Source: Candidatus Aenigmatarchaeota archaeon (GTDB lineage: Archaea; Aenigmatarchaeota; Aenigmatarchaeia; GW2011-AR5; JACRMX01). From it: DNA of 64,000 nt. Position 1 is the first letter of the stretch. The number at the start of each line of letters is the position of its first letter. The stretch is taken from contig JAGVVW010000001.1 in assembly GCA_018304635.1 (NCBI GenBank), positions 43,693 through 107,692 on the forward strand. The letters are read 5' to 3'. This document shows, one piece after another, positions 47,605 to 58,288 of the stretch. A program made the position numbers and the translations under genes. A model generated the notes under the pieces. That model was not told the DNA's origin and did no database searches. It saw nothing but the letters and a program-made list of their open reading frames with translations.

Positions 47605-50600
47605 TTAAGTATTTTCTGTTCTGGATGATACCCAGTACCTTATGATATCAAGCTTTTTCTGAATTTTCCTTAATAATTCTTTTATTGAAGGCTTTGGAAT
47701 ATTGCCGTCTGAATGGATGCCAAAGTCTTCATACCATTCTTTGTAAATGCCGAAAGGTGTGTTGTAAAGCATGTTATAAGGTTCTGATTTTACAGTCATG
47801 GTGATGTTTATGATTTTTGTTTCGTATCCTGAATTTTCAAAGTATATTTCCGGCGACTGATATTTCACGCTTTCTCCAATATAGATATTCTCGCCAAATG
47901 TCCGGATTTTTATAGATTCGTCATTCTTATTAAATGTGCCTACAAAATTTTTCAGGTCAAACGTTGTAACTAATGGCCCTGCTACATGAGTATTATTATA
48001 TATCACAACTTCGGCTTTATACTTGCCTTCGGGTGCCACTAATTTAGTTTCGATATTATTTTCAGCACTTCCTTCGATGAAGATTTCAACAGGTCCGGAT
48101 ATTCTTATGCTAAAATTAACATGGCTTTGATTATAAATATCGGCTGTTATTATGGCAGCATTCCACCAAGTTTCAGTTTCCAAATTACCTATGTCCAAAG
48201 ATCCTGTATAATTTATAATAATTCCAGCATATGACAGTTTTTTGTTTTCTTTGCAATTGACTGGGATTATATATAAATCAAGTACTATACGATTATCGAA
48301 TAGCACATCCTGTGCTGACCAAAACCACGATAAGTTGCATGACAGGTTATCGGTACTGCCCAATGCAGGCAAACTGATATTTTCATGTGACCATATTGCT
48401 GTTGTATTTATTGTGAAATTTGCCTCACTTGGTAAAGTAACACTTCTTTTATACACCGGTATTATGTAAGAATTTTCTTCAAAAATGTAGAAATCCGGCT
48501 TGTCGTCTGCATAAATTTCAAATTCTATAAAACCAAGTTTGTGGTTCCTATTTTCTGATTTTGGTGGAGGATCTATTTTAATTTTAGGATCGCCAAACAT
48601 TACCACACTCTTCTTTTCTTTCAATATGTTTCTGAATCCGGAAATAGCTGTGCTTCCGGTTATCATGTTGTCGGTATTTGTATTGCTGGATTCTATCAGA
48701 ATATTTTTATTTTTCATCAGGGCAACTGACAACGGAATATTCTTAGTAACTGCAGAGGCAAACGAGGCAGCTGGTGCTATTGTAAATGGCGAATTTATTT
48801 TACTGTAATATCCTATAAATATGCCATTACTCAAAGTACTGGCACTGCCATTATCAATTGTAGCGTAAACGATTTGCGGTGTCTTGAAGTTTAAATCAGA
48901 CCAATTGATATATGTATCAGGCAAGACGGATAAGTTTTTATCACCATTAGCAGTGTAAAATACAATGTCATTTTTAGAGAAACTTTTACTTACAAGATCT
49001 TCAGATAGTTCATCTATTTTTGTAAGAGTTCCATCATAGTTCTTCCAGTCGTATTCCAGTATTGCATATTTCACTTCAGCTGCATATTTTATCCACAAAT
49101 AAATGCTGAACAGTGCTGTATCAGTGCCCTCACCAATCATTTCAAATTTAGTAGCTTCATCGCCAGCTATTCCTGTTGTCAGTTCGTCTATATCCATTCC
49201 ACGATGTGTAATGTAACGTTCTACATTAAAATCATGCCATGAAAATATCATGTCAATCAAGAATCCACTAATTTCCCCGCCGGGATATATCAAATCGATT
49301 TTCGGTACAGCGGAATAGTCAGAGAGAACAGCAACACCCTTTTTTTGCGGGTCCCAAAATTCTCCTGAATACAAATGATACGAATTTTTCATTCTAGATG
49401 TGGCAATGTCCATGAAGTCATCATTATCCGTATTGGCGTATATATCGTCAGTTTTCGTTTTGAATATGGTGTCCTCATATTCAGGCAGGCCAATCAGTGC
49501 TGCGTATAAATATCCATCAAATTTATATTTTTTCAACAAACCTGTTTTCATTAAGTGCTGGATTTCATTATGAATAGTTGTGTTTATTTCTCCGATTTTA
49601 TACGGCTTCTCGATTATTATCGGGTATGCTGAATTCTTTTTTGATAATATTGGAATAAGAGCAGAAAGATTGTCCGAAGCATCAGCAATAATGAGGTAAT
49701 CAGTTTCATTAAAGTATCTAATAATATTACTTTCTTCCAAACCTTCATTTTCACTTATGCAAAACTCTTTATTCAATGCTACGACTGCCCTGATTATTGC
49801 ATCTTTTTTATTGCCTGTTATTTTTATACATTCTGATTTAGGAAACTGAATAAAAACATCTTCTCTGGATGAAAACCTATAGGTTCCATTGATCGTTGTA
49901 TGGCCGAGTGTTATTACAATAAAACCTTTTTTTAATCTGAGTATTTTGTCAACTGAATCGTCTTCTATGAATGCGTCAACCCCTGAGCTGGCTGCATAAA
50001 GTGCATTCCAAAAATTATTATCTGTTATTACTATGAAATTTCTATTGGAACTTTTGTATACAAAATCCTGTGTTGCAACTGAATTCCTGTACTGCACAGA
50101 AATTGAAAGGTTTCCTATGATTCTAGGATCATCAAATATCGCTGTGTAATTTCCGTTTCCCGCATCTATAAATGATTTAATAATAACGGTTTCGTTTTCC
50201 ACTGTTATTTTTATATCATCTTTTTTAATGTATTCAACAGGAGCATTTAGCCTGGTTATTGAAAAATTCATTTCAAAATCGCTTCCTGATACAAATGATT
50301 TTATTTCCACTACATCTTTTTCCAGAATGAAATACTTGACAATATTTTTCATAAGCCTTCTGTTGTCATATTCATTTATCCATTGTGTGAATGTCCATTC
50401 ATCAGCAATTACTACAATCCTGTCTTTCCACGAAGCTAATGCTATTCCATTTAAATCCCATGCCAGTGGCAGCGAATTCCATCCAACATCCAGATAATCC
50501 GGACCATTTACGCTAAATTCATTTATACCCTCGGTTATATCATGAGGATGCGCAAAATTCTTTATTAACGCAACATTTCCTGATAGAGATTTTGCCGTTA

Positions 50601-50958
50601 TATTATAATGAGACAATATTGAATTCATGTAAGATGGTGTTGATCCTGTAGTTCCTCCTATGAGTATAACTTTTCCTCCATTATCAATCCACTGATGCAA
50701 TGCTTTGATTTCATATTCTGAATAGCCATTCCATACCTGACTCATGTAAATTTTATAATTTTTCATTGATTCTGATGTCAGTTCATTGCTGTTTCTATCT
50801 ACACGACAACCATATTTTTCGAATTCATTCACCATATCTGTTGGAGCATCACCATGCCTGATATCATTTATTGCACATGCATAAGACAATCCTGATATAA
50901 AGATAAAAGACAATATATACACGATGAAAGTTTTCATCACGAATTTGTAAACCCACAT
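47605..50958 (-). CDS. Large secreted/surface protein; N-terminal DUF4350/GATase-like domain, degenerate C25 peptidase-like core
   Basis: Signal peptide; W...GG.VILIG, DN..LMKNI; TDDIYAN.D.D..DIATSR, MFGDP. Confidence 0.7.
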   Translation of the reverse strand: MWVYKFVMKTFIVYILSFIFISGLSYACAINDIRHGDAPTDMVNEFEKYGCRVDRNSNELTSESMKNYKIYMSQVWNGYSEYEIKALHQWIDNGGKVILIGGTTGSTPSYMNSILSHYNITAKSLSGNVALIKNFAHPHDITEGINEFSVNGPDYLDVGWNSLPLAWDLNGIALASWKDRIVVIADEWTFTQWINEYDNRRLMKNIVKYFILEKDVVEIKSFVSGSDFEMNFSITRLNAPVEYIKKDDIKITVENETVIIKSFIDAGNGNYTAIFDDPRIIGNLSISVQYRNSVATQDFVYKSSNRNFIVITDNNFWNALYAASSGVDAFIEDDSVDKILRLKKGFIVITLGHTTINGTYRFSSREDVFIQFPKSECIKITGNKKDAIIRAVVALNKEFCISENEGLEESNIIRYFNETDYLIIADASDNLSALIPILSKKNSAYPIIIEKPYKIGEINTTIHNEIQHLMKTGLLKKYKFDGYLYAALIGLPEYEDTIFKTKTDDIYANTDNDDFMDIATSRMKNSYHLYSGEFWDPQKKGVAVLSDYSAVPKIDLIYPGGEISGFLIDMIFSWHDFNVERYITHRGMDIDELTTGIAGDEATKFEMIGEGTDTALFSIYLWIKYAAEVKYAILEYDWKNYDGTLTKIDELSEDLVSKSFSKNDIVFYTANGDKNLSVLPDTYINWSDLNFKTPQIVYATIDNGSASTLSNGIFIGYYSKINSPFTIAPAASFASAVTKNIPLSVALMKNKNILIESSNTNTDNMITGSTAISGFRNILKEKKSVVMFGDPKIKIDPPPKSENRNHKLGFIEFEIYADDKPDFYIFEENSYIIPVYKRSVTLPSEANFTINTTAIWSHENISLPALGSTDNLSCNLSWFWSAQDVLFDNRIVLDLYIIPVNCKENKKLSYAGIIINYTGSLDIGNLETETWWNAAIITADIYNQSHVNFSIRISGPVEIFIEGSAENNIETKLVAPEGKYKAEVVIYNNTHVAGPLVTTFDLKNFVGTFNKNDESIKIRTFGENIYIGESVKYQSPEIYFENSGYETKIINITMTVKSEPYNMLYNTPFGIYKEWYEDFGIHSDGNIPKPSIKELLRKIQKKLDIIRYWVSSRTENT

Positions 50959-50996
50959 AGTGTGTATTATGTACGCAAAATATAAAAGCTTATCTT

Positions 50997-52088
50997 TTGA
51001 GTATTATCATGACACATATTCTTACTGTATCGGATGTCTATTATCCAAGGTGTTCCGGAGTTTCTATTTATGTGCAGGAACTGTGTGAAGAGCTGGCGAA
51101 CAGAGGATTTGATATTTCTGTTTATACCCCAACATCCCTCAGAGATTATTATGATACTGTAAAAGGCATAACTGTTAACAGGTTTCATGAAACAGAAATA
51201 TATCGTGCATATAGCATTTCATTACCGCTGTTAAAGTCATTGATGAAACAAAAACCGGATATAATTCACGGACATCACTATGGTTATTTCCCGGCAACAG
51301 CCGGGTTTTTAGCTGCTAAAAAAACCAATGTTCCGTTTGTTTTTTCCACACATTTTCACCCGCCTGTTTACAATCCAATACGCACAGGATTTTTTTATTT
51401 ATATCATTTTACGCAAGGATTGCCTTTGCTTCGTTTTTCAGATGCTGTTTTGCCGCATACAAGTATAGAAAAAACGAATTTATGCAAAATGGGCGCTGTA
51501 GCTGAAAAAATAAAAGTTCTGCCTAGTATTACTGATGTTGAAATTTTCCGAAATAAGCTATCTGGAAAATCAAAAAATCCCATTGTTTTATTTGTCGGGC
51601 CATTAATTTATGAAAAGGGTGCTCATATTTTTATAGATCTTCAGCACAAACTACCAAAAAATGTTCAATATGTTTTTGTGGGTGAGGGATATCTTGAAAA
51701 TGAGATCAGAAAAAAAATTAAAAACAGCAAAATTTTTAATAAGCTGCCTCTTGAAAAACTCATTGAAATATATAACAAAGCCGATATCTTTGTTCTGCCT
51801 TCGATGTACGAAGCATTTGGCAGAGTTCTCACAGAGGCACAAGCCTGCGAAGTTCCTGTAGTTTCTACCAGAGCCGGAGGAATCCCGGAGGTTGTTATTC
51901 ATAATAAAACAGGGTATCTTGTTAATTATGGTGAATGGGAACTAATGGCTGAATATATCAAAAAATTACTGGATGACAGCGGGCTGAGAAGAAGAATAGG
52001 ATATGAAGGAAGAAAACATGTTGTGAAAAGCTTTTCAAAGAAGGTTGTTGTTGACAAACTGGTCAAAATTTATGAGAGGTTGCTTTAG
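50997..52088 (+). CDS. GT4 glycosyltransferase
   Basis: FVG.L..EKG, LPS.YEAFG..LTEAQAC. Confidence 0.95.
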   Translation: MSIIMTHILTVSDVYYPRCSGVSIYVQELCEELANRGFDISVYTPTSLRDYYDTVKGITVNRFHETEIYRAYSISLPLLKSLMKQKPDIIHGHHYGYFPATAGFLAAKKTNVPFVFSTHFHPPVYNPIRTGFFYLYHFTQGLPLLRFSDAVLPHTSIEKTNLCKMGAVAEKIKVLPSITDVEIFRNKLSGKSKNPIVLFVGPLIYEKGAHIFIDLQHKLPKNVQYVFVGEGYLENEIRKKIKNSKIFNKLPLEKLIEIYNKADIFVLPSMYEAFGRVLTEAQACEVPVVSTRAGGIPEVVIHNKTGYLVNYGEWELMAEYIKKLLDDSGLRRRIGYEGRKHVVKSFSKKVVVDKLVKIYERLL

Positions 52089-52111
52089 TCGTTCTATACT
52101 TCATCACAGTT

Positions 52112-52323
52112 ATGAAAGAAGTTCTATGGGCAGATGATGAAAATGATAAAGAGATAAATAAAAGAAATAAGAGCGATATTCATAATTCTCAGCTATGGCA
52201 CAGAGGCATACATATTTTCCTTTTCGATGATAAAGAAAAAATTATTCAGAATCCTGAAATCTTTACAAGATAGTTCAGGTAAATGTTGAAATGGTATTTA
52301 GGAATGAAATCTGATGTAATCTG
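52112..52323 (+). pseudogene. NUDIX / type-1 IPP isomerase remnant with internal deletion
   Basis: MKEVLWADDEND...IH...LWHRGIHIFLFDD joined to NPEIFTR*FR*MLKWY. Confidence 0.65.
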
Positions 52324-52435
52324 AATTTCCAAAATGTCAAAGTACTACTATCGAGACAAATTAATTACTAGACATAATTATAACTTACCAACTTGGCATT
52401 GCGAAGCAATGCCTTTCGTTACGGGATGGACTACG

Positions 52436-53188
52436 CTAATAGTGTGTAATAATTTCGTTTGTAGTGTAACCGTACATGTTTCCGGACTCAGCTATTTTCG
52501 GAAAAACATCAGTTTCAAGCATCATGAAACCTTTTCTCATATAATCAAATACTTTCGGACTCATTATGTAGACACCGGCATTTGCCAATGATGCATCGGG
52601 TTTTTTAAGCTTTTCAGTGAATGAAATTATCCTGCTTCCTTGAATGCTGACTGATCCTGACTTGCTCAAATCAGCTTCAGGCTTTAAAAGCATTGTAATA
52701 ATTGCGTCATGATCCATGTGAAATCTGTGAATTCCCTTTATATCAAAATTCGACAGGGTGTCTACATTAATAACGATAAAATTTTCATTTAAAGAGTTTC
52801 TAAGTTTGTATACAGAGCCTGCAGTTCCCATCATTTTATCGTCTTCTGAAAAAACAACATTCATGCTGGTTTTTATATTATTAACAGAATCCCTTATGGC
52901 TGTATCATTGCTGTTTATACACAGAAAAACTTTTTTTATTCCCTGATTTTCCAACATCTTTAATTGATGATATATTACTGGAAATCCTTTGATGGTCATC
53001 AGGGCTTTGCTGGTATCTTTTCCACCCGCGAGTATTACACAACTTTCAAGTGATTTTTCGCCCATACCTTTCAACAAAAGATGTTCGATGACATGCGATC
53101 TATTTCTCAATGAACTACCATCTATCATAGAATCTATTCTGTCCAGAGTGCTCTTTGACATTATTATTGTTATACGTTCTTTCTCCAT
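52436..53188 (-). CDS. RHH DNA-binding domain fused to sugar-phosphate nucleotidyltransferase-like domain
   Basis: ERITI.M...LDRID......NRSHVIE; ILAGG, GTAG, NAGVY; lacks the GTRL.P motif. Confidence 0.88.
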   Translation of the reverse strand: MEKERITIIMSKSTLDRIDSMIDGSSLRNRSHVIEHLLLKGMGEKSLESCVILAGGKDTSKALMTIKGFPVIYHQLKMLENQGIKKVFLCINSNDTAIRDSVNNIKTSMNVVFSEDDKMMGTAGSVYKLRNSLNENFIVINVDTLSNFDIKGIHRFHMDHDAIITMLLKPEADLSKSGSVSIQGSRIISFTEKLKKPDASLANAGVYIMSPKVFDYMRKGFMMLETDVFPKIAESGNMYGYTTNEIITHY

Positions 53189-53220
53189 GTTAATAATTGA
53201 CCATAGAAACATATAAATAG

Positions 53221-53260
53221 TTTTTCATACGAAATCATATTAAGTATGAAAAAGTATGAT
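53221..53260. promoter_or_regulatory. Inverted-repeat operator in divergent promoter
   Basis: TTTTTCATAC-13-GTATGAAAAA plus ATCATA/TATGAT. Confidence 0.6.
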
Positions 53261-53319
53261 TAACATTGATGCAAATCAGATACCAGTGATAAATCATATC
53301 CAGATTTTGGTGAAGCAAA

Positions 53320-54075
53320 ATGACTTCAGAAAACAAAAATATTCAGGTTGTTTTTAATGCAGGTGGATTAGGTACGAGATTACGGCCGCTTACTTACTAT
53401 ATAACAAAGGCAATGGTTCCTGTCTTAGGAAAGCCTTTTCTTTTTTATCAGCTGGAACTGCTGAAAAAACACGGATTTACCAGATTTCTGATGTGCGTTG
53501 GATATAAATGCGATCAAATAAAAGGATTTTTTGGCGACGGCAGCAGATTCGGAGCTTCAATTAATTATTCAGAAGAGCCAGAACCATTAGGAACAGGTGG
53601 GTCATTGAAATACGCTGAAAAATTTCTGGATGATGTTTTTCTATTATTGCCTGCTGATACTTTATTGGATATAAATTTCAATGCTCTTATTGATCAGCAC
53701 CGTCTTTTTAATCCTACAGCTACTATGACCCTGATAAAAAAACAAGATCCATCACAATATGGTGTGGCTGTTTTGAACGGAAATCAAAGGATTATAAAAT
53801 TCGTTGAAAAACCAAAGAATTTTATCGGCAATAATACAAATGCAGGTGCAATAATACTTAATAAAAAAATTCTAAATTATATACAACCTAATAAATTAGT
53901 TTCTATTGAAAAAGATGTCTATCCTATTCTTGTTGAGGAAGGAAAAATGCAGAGCTTTGTTATTGATGAAACCTATCATCTGGATATAGGTGTTCCTGAG
54001 CGCTATAAACAATTTCATGAAGATATTTTGACAGGGAAGGTGATTTGTGATGCGGATGGATGCAAGGGATCATAA
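53320..54075 (+). CDS. Sugar-1-phosphate nucleotidyltransferase (HddC/GMPP-like)
   Basis: AGGLGTRLRPLT...K, EPLGTGG, FVEKP, DIG.PE. Confidence 0.93.
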   Translation: MTSENKNIQVVFNAGGLGTRLRPLTYYITKAMVPVLGKPFLFYQLELLKKHGFTRFLMCVGYKCDQIKGFFGDGSRFGASINYSEEPEPLGTGGSLKYAEKFLDDVFLLLPADTLLDINFNALIDQHRLFNPTATMTLIKKQDPSQYGVAVLNGNQRIIKFVEKPKNFIGNNTNAGAIILNKKILNYIQPNKLVSIEKDVYPILVEEGKMQSFVIDETYHLDIGVPERYKQFHEDILTGKVICDADGCKGS

Positions 54076-55222
54076 AGGAAAAATTTTTGGATTATATCCT
54101 AATGGGGATATGGAAAGTATTATAGGAGTTGTTAGTGGGCACTATAGAATATCCGCACTTCCGGGAACGCGTGATATTCCAGGTATGTTAGAAATTCTTG
54201 CTGAATCAGGAAATGCTCCTGAACTTTCATCTACTGTAACTTTTACAGCTAATAAAAGAACAAAACTTTATGCTGTCCCCAGTGATTGCAATATGTTTGT
54301 TCACAGGTTTCCTGATGGAACAATGCCTCCTGAGGAATATGACAGTGAATGGTCTGGAAAGACATTAATAGATACTGTAACAAATGGCATGGAACTCGAA
54401 CATGTAAAATTTATTGCTACATATGATATGTTACCGAGAGCAGGACTTGGTGGCAGTGGTTGTCTTGCAGCATGTATTGTGAGAGCATCATTAAATATTC
54501 GTTATAATATTAGTTCAGAAAATGCATTAAATCTAGATGCTCTTGATAGATATCCTGCAGTCAGAGAAATATTTGAAAAAGGACGTGATTTCAGAGATTT
54601 GGGAGCAGCGCATCTTGCTGCTAAACTTGAAAACGAAAGTTATAGAACAGGCTGCTTAGATGCAGTATCCAGTTTGCCAACCGGTAATGTAAATCATTTT
54701 GAATTTCATGATGATCATTTGCCTGATGTTAAACATATACCAGAAGTTGCTCATCATATAAATTATAGAATGATGATATGTCTCGTCGGGAAACTTCATG
54801 ATAGTGTTAAATTGAATGACGGTAAATTATATGATGTCAGGGCAAGGCCAAAAGAATGGCGCAGGGACATAGAAGATACAAGCAAATATGCTGAACTTAT
54901 ACATGATTTAGAAAACTGGCATGAAATTGTGGGTTTTCTTAGAGAGGTCTATGACAGAAGAGTATTTGCATACGAAGCTGCAGGAACTACCTATGAAACT
55001 CCTGCCCAGAAAAGAATTGCTGATTTTGTTTATGAAAGAGGCGGGGCAGTGCGCGGAATGGGAGCTGGCGGAACTGTTTGCGGTGCGTTTTTTTTAGACT
55101 ATGATGATTTACTGGAAGCATATGAAAGATTTGGACACGATAATGATGTTAAAATACTCGACATTAAAATAAGGGAAGATTCAAACCACTATACACATCA
55201 AAAGCTTTCCAATAATTTATAA
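54047..55222 (+). CDS. Divergent GHMP-family sugar kinase
   Basis: PRAGLGGSG, E....G..D, GAGG. Confidence 0.8.
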   Translation: MMRMDARDHKGKIFGLYPNGDMESIIGVVSGHYRISALPGTRDIPGMLEILAESGNAPELSSTVTFTANKRTKLYAVPSDCNMFVHRFPDGTMPPEEYDSEWSGKTLIDTVTNGMELEHVKFIATYDMLPRAGLGGSGCLAACIVRASLNIRYNISSENALNLDALDRYPAVREIFEKGRDFRDLGAAHLAAKLENESYRTGCLDAVSSLPTGNVNHFEFHDDHLPDVKHIPEVAHHINYRMMICLVGKLHDSVKLNDGKLYDVRARPKEWRRDIEDTSKYAELIHDLENWHEIVGFLREVYDRRVFAYEAAGTTYETPAQKRIADFVYERGGAVRGMGAGGTVCGAFFLDYDDLLEAYERFGHDNDVKILDIKIREDSNHYTHQKLSNNL

Positions 55223-55657
55223 TGAAGCTACTTTCTGGTATAATTTTTTTATAATATCCCTTCCACACACGTCCCAAAATTCTATAATTTCCTTTGCCTG
55301 TGCAACTGAAATTTTAAATCCCCTGTAATTTGCGTCATTTCTTATTTTTTTAAATCTTGAAAGATGATTTAACTTTATTTTATCTTTAATGTTCATTTCC
55401 TTAAGAATTTCAAGGCTTATTTCATGATTAAGCGGTTCGAATCCATTCAGCCACCAATAAGCATCCCCCAACTGTCTTATTGATTCATATATCTCCCTGA
55501 AAATAACCGTTGCACTATCTTCGATTAAGGTTATGTTTCTCACAACACCTGCATTTGTTTCAGCAGATTTTACAATAGATTTCACCCTTTCTTTGTCTAC
55601 CTGGCGTATTCTAAGCTGTCCTGAAGACATCATAAAATCCATATATTCTTTTTTCAC
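55217..55657 (-). CDS. HEPN-domain toxin
   Basis: YESIRQL, NHE, RNDANY.G. Confidence 0.82.
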   Translation of the reverse strand: MKKEYMDFMMSSGQLRIRQVDKERVKSIVKSAETNAGVVRNITLIEDSATVIFREIYESIRQLGDAYWWLNGFEPLNHEISLEILKEMNIKDKIKLNHLSRFKKIRNDANYRGFKISVAQAKEIIEFWDVCGRDIIKKLYQKVASL

Positions 55658-56238
55658 GGTCTTACCTCCAAAAATCCTGATAAAACAATGCCGTTTGCAA
55701 AGTTATTAAATACATTAATATCCACAATATGCTTGTTGAATAGGTGAATCTGTATTTTTCTGCCAATTGCGTTTTCAAATTTACTTAAATGCTTTCTGAC
55801 TATTAATTTATAATCTTCAATCTCATCAATTTCTATTGCAATGTCTACATCCGAGTCTGAAATGTCATCACCTTTTCTAAAACTTCCAAATAGAATTACG
55901 GCTTTTGGGTTATTATAGTATTCGTTGACAAATTCTATCAAACCGCTTTGATATAATGAATTGAGGTTGTATATTATCTTGTTTTTTATAAAATTCTGAC
56001 TAGTTTGGTTTGCTTTAATTCTCCATATTTTGCTTAATTTTATTATTTTAATAAATTCAATTTTATACAATTCATCAAGAATTTTTCCCATATTTGCTTT
56101 AGCTACACCTGCTTCTTTTGCCAGGTCACTGAGGCTAAATTCTTTTTCTGGAAATAGGAATAATACTTCAGCTACTTTTTGTATACTGGTTTCAATATAT
56201 AACTTACGATATACTTTATTACCGTTCGGTTTTTTCAT
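55654..56238 (-). CDS. HTH + MNT antitoxin
   Basis: LSDLAKEAGV HTH; LFGSFRKG...SDVDIA. Confidence 0.9.
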   Translation of the reverse strand: MKKPNGNKVYRKLYIETSIQKVAEVLFLFPEKEFSLSDLAKEAGVAKANMGKILDELYKIEFIKIIKLSKIWRIKANQTSQNFIKNKIIYNLNSLYQSGLIEFVNEYYNNPKAVILFGSFRKGDDISDSDVDIAIEIDEIEDYKLIVRKHLSKFENAIGRKIQIHLFNKHIVDINVFNNFANGIVLSGFLEVRP

Positions 56239-56342
56239 ATAACATACGTTATATATAAGAACCTTTAAAAGCTTTTAATTATATTAATGAGCCTTTTTGG
56301 AGAATAAAAATTTATAACTACCAAAAACCCTCGGGAAAAATA

Positions 56343-57362
56343 TTATAATATCAATCCAACATTCTTCAAAATTTCCTTGGCCATTTTTTCATCAATATTA
56401 TATCTGTCCAGTATTGTGTAGCGTGGATAGCCGCGAATGTTGCGAGCCATTACAAGGGCTTTGATGAGCATATCCGACTTGACACCAAGTTCCTTTGCTG
56501 TTAATTTGATGCCAATATCTTTCAAAACTTTCCTGATATTTTTCCAGTTGTTGTTCTGAAGATAGCACGATATTAAGCAGCCCAATCCGGCCTGAACACC
56601 GTGCAACAGAGGAGAATTTAATTTTTCCAGCGCATGCGAGAAATTATGTTCACTGCCTGATCCGGGCCTGCTGTTACCATTAATATTCATTGCAATTCCT
56701 GAACATATCAATGACCATGTTAAAATATTTATTCCATTTTCCGTGTGATTTTTTATTTCATCTACATGGCTAATGACAGCTTTGCTTGCAACCAGTGCAA
56801 GTTCAGCAGCTACAGTATTATAATCTTCTCCAAGTTCAGCGCCGAGTTTCCAGTCTTCAACAGAAGAAATATTTGAAACAACATCAGCAGTACCAGCTGC
56901 TGTGTATTGATAAGGAGAATTTTTTATTATTGTAGTGTCTACAATAACAGCTATTGGTTCTTTGGCATTAACTGTTATTTTATCATTTCTTTCGGTTATT
57001 GCTGCTCTTGAAGATACTATACCATCATGACTCAAAATTGTTGGGAAAGAGATCCATTCTTTTTTGCTTAGATATCCCATGTATTTTGCGATGTCAATTG
57101 TTCTGCCACCGCCTATACCTATAACTGTACTGATGCCTGAATTTTTCAGCGATGAAGCGCATTTTTTAATATAATCCATTTCCATTGATTCCGGAAATAA
57201 TATGTCAGAATTTGTCTGTTTTGCGATTTTTTTTCCGACGATGTTCATTGTTTTTGAACAAACAACATAATACGGTCCGCTGATGCGCATTTCTTCCAGA
57301 CTGTTTTTCACACCTTTCTGTGCATCGGGCTTTATGCACACGCCAACAGGCAGTCTTATCAT
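56343..57362 (-). CDS. egsA: sn-glycerol-1-phosphate dehydrogenase
   Basis: GGGRTIDIAK, SHDGIVS, SRPGSGSEH.FSHAL, HG.Q, RYTIL. Confidence 0.96.
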   Translation of the reverse strand: MIRLPVGVCIKPDAQKGVKNSLEEMRISGPYYVVCSKTMNIVGKKIAKQTNSDILFPESMEMDYIKKCASSLKNSGISTVIGIGGGRTIDIAKYMGYLSKKEWISFPTILSHDGIVSSRAAITERNDKITVNAKEPIAVIVDTTIIKNSPYQYTAAGTADVVSNISSVEDWKLGAELGEDYNTVAAELALVASKAVISHVDEIKNHTENGINILTWSLICSGIAMNINGNSRPGSGSEHNFSHALEKLNSPLLHGVQAGLGCLISCYLQNNNWKNIRKVLKDIGIKLTAKELGVKSDMLIKALVMARNIRGYPRYTILDRYNIDEKMAKEILKNVGLIL

Positions 57363-57531
57363 AAAAGAAATAATACAACTGTTCTTAAATAATCACATTT
57401 CTGGTTTAAATATTTAATTTGAAAGACCTGTTTACAGGCATGATGTTTATGCTGGTGCTTTAGTTGGCGATGCTGATCCTATCGGAGTTTCGAGAGAAGA
57501 TTTTACTGAATATATAACAAATCTTAAATTA

Positions 57532-58224
57532 ATGGTACTTGAAGGGAAACCCGTACGAGACCCAAGAGCAGAAAAATTCAGAACATTCTGTCAAGAAACA
57601 TTTAATCAGATCTTAGAAGATGCTGAATTGATAGATAAAATGGGAGAGACTTATGCCCCTTTGTCTGATGAGCAATATGAAACTATCAAACGCAGAAATA
57701 GCGAATTTGATGATAGTATAGAGATATATAGAAGGCGAGCTTATTGTCCCGAAATAAATCTCGAATATAGATTTACTTTTTCAGAACAAAAAAGAGATAT
57801 TCCACTTACTGAACAAGCAACACTTCAGTGCATTTTAGATCCTTCGCGTGGTTCAGAGGAAGATATCAGAATAAAGCATAGGCGTGATTTCATCATTTGT
57901 ATAAATGTTGTTGGCAGGGCGTATATAACTGATTTAACAGTACCCAATGATCCGGATGGGATTGATGATGATCGGGTTCTTGCTGCATTTACTGAAAAAG
58001 TAGCATGTGGTCAGTTCAGTGGTTTGTCTGAAGGTATTGATCATGTTCTTAATGCATTTGGCAGAAATGTACGGAAAAACAGAGAATTATATCTACGGCA
58101 ATTAAGATTACCGGAGGATGAAGTCCAGTTGCGGCTTGAAGTATATGACAAACTTTTACAAATGGATTATGATCCTGAAAAGACAGCACAAACCATGATG
58201 TGTTTTCTTAATCCTTTTAAGTAA
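57532..58224 (+). CDS. Hypothetical protein (frame open back to 57418 without a start codon)
   Basis: 230-aa ORF. Confidence 0.6.
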   Translation: MVLEGKPVRDPRAEKFRTFCQETFNQILEDAELIDKMGETYAPLSDEQYETIKRRNSEFDDSIEIYRRRAYCPEINLEYRFTFSEQKRDIPLTEQATLQCILDPSRGSEEDIRIKHRRDFIICINVVGRAYITDLTVPNDPDGIDDDRVLAAFTEKVACGQFSGLSEGIDHVLNAFGRNVRKNRELYLRQLRLPEDEVQLRLEVYDKLLQMDYDPEKTAQTMMCFLNPFK

Positions 58225-58288
58225 ACCGGAATAGTAAATGCGTTGCCAACGCAAAAAGTTTATAAACTTTTGCGTTAGTAATGCATAT

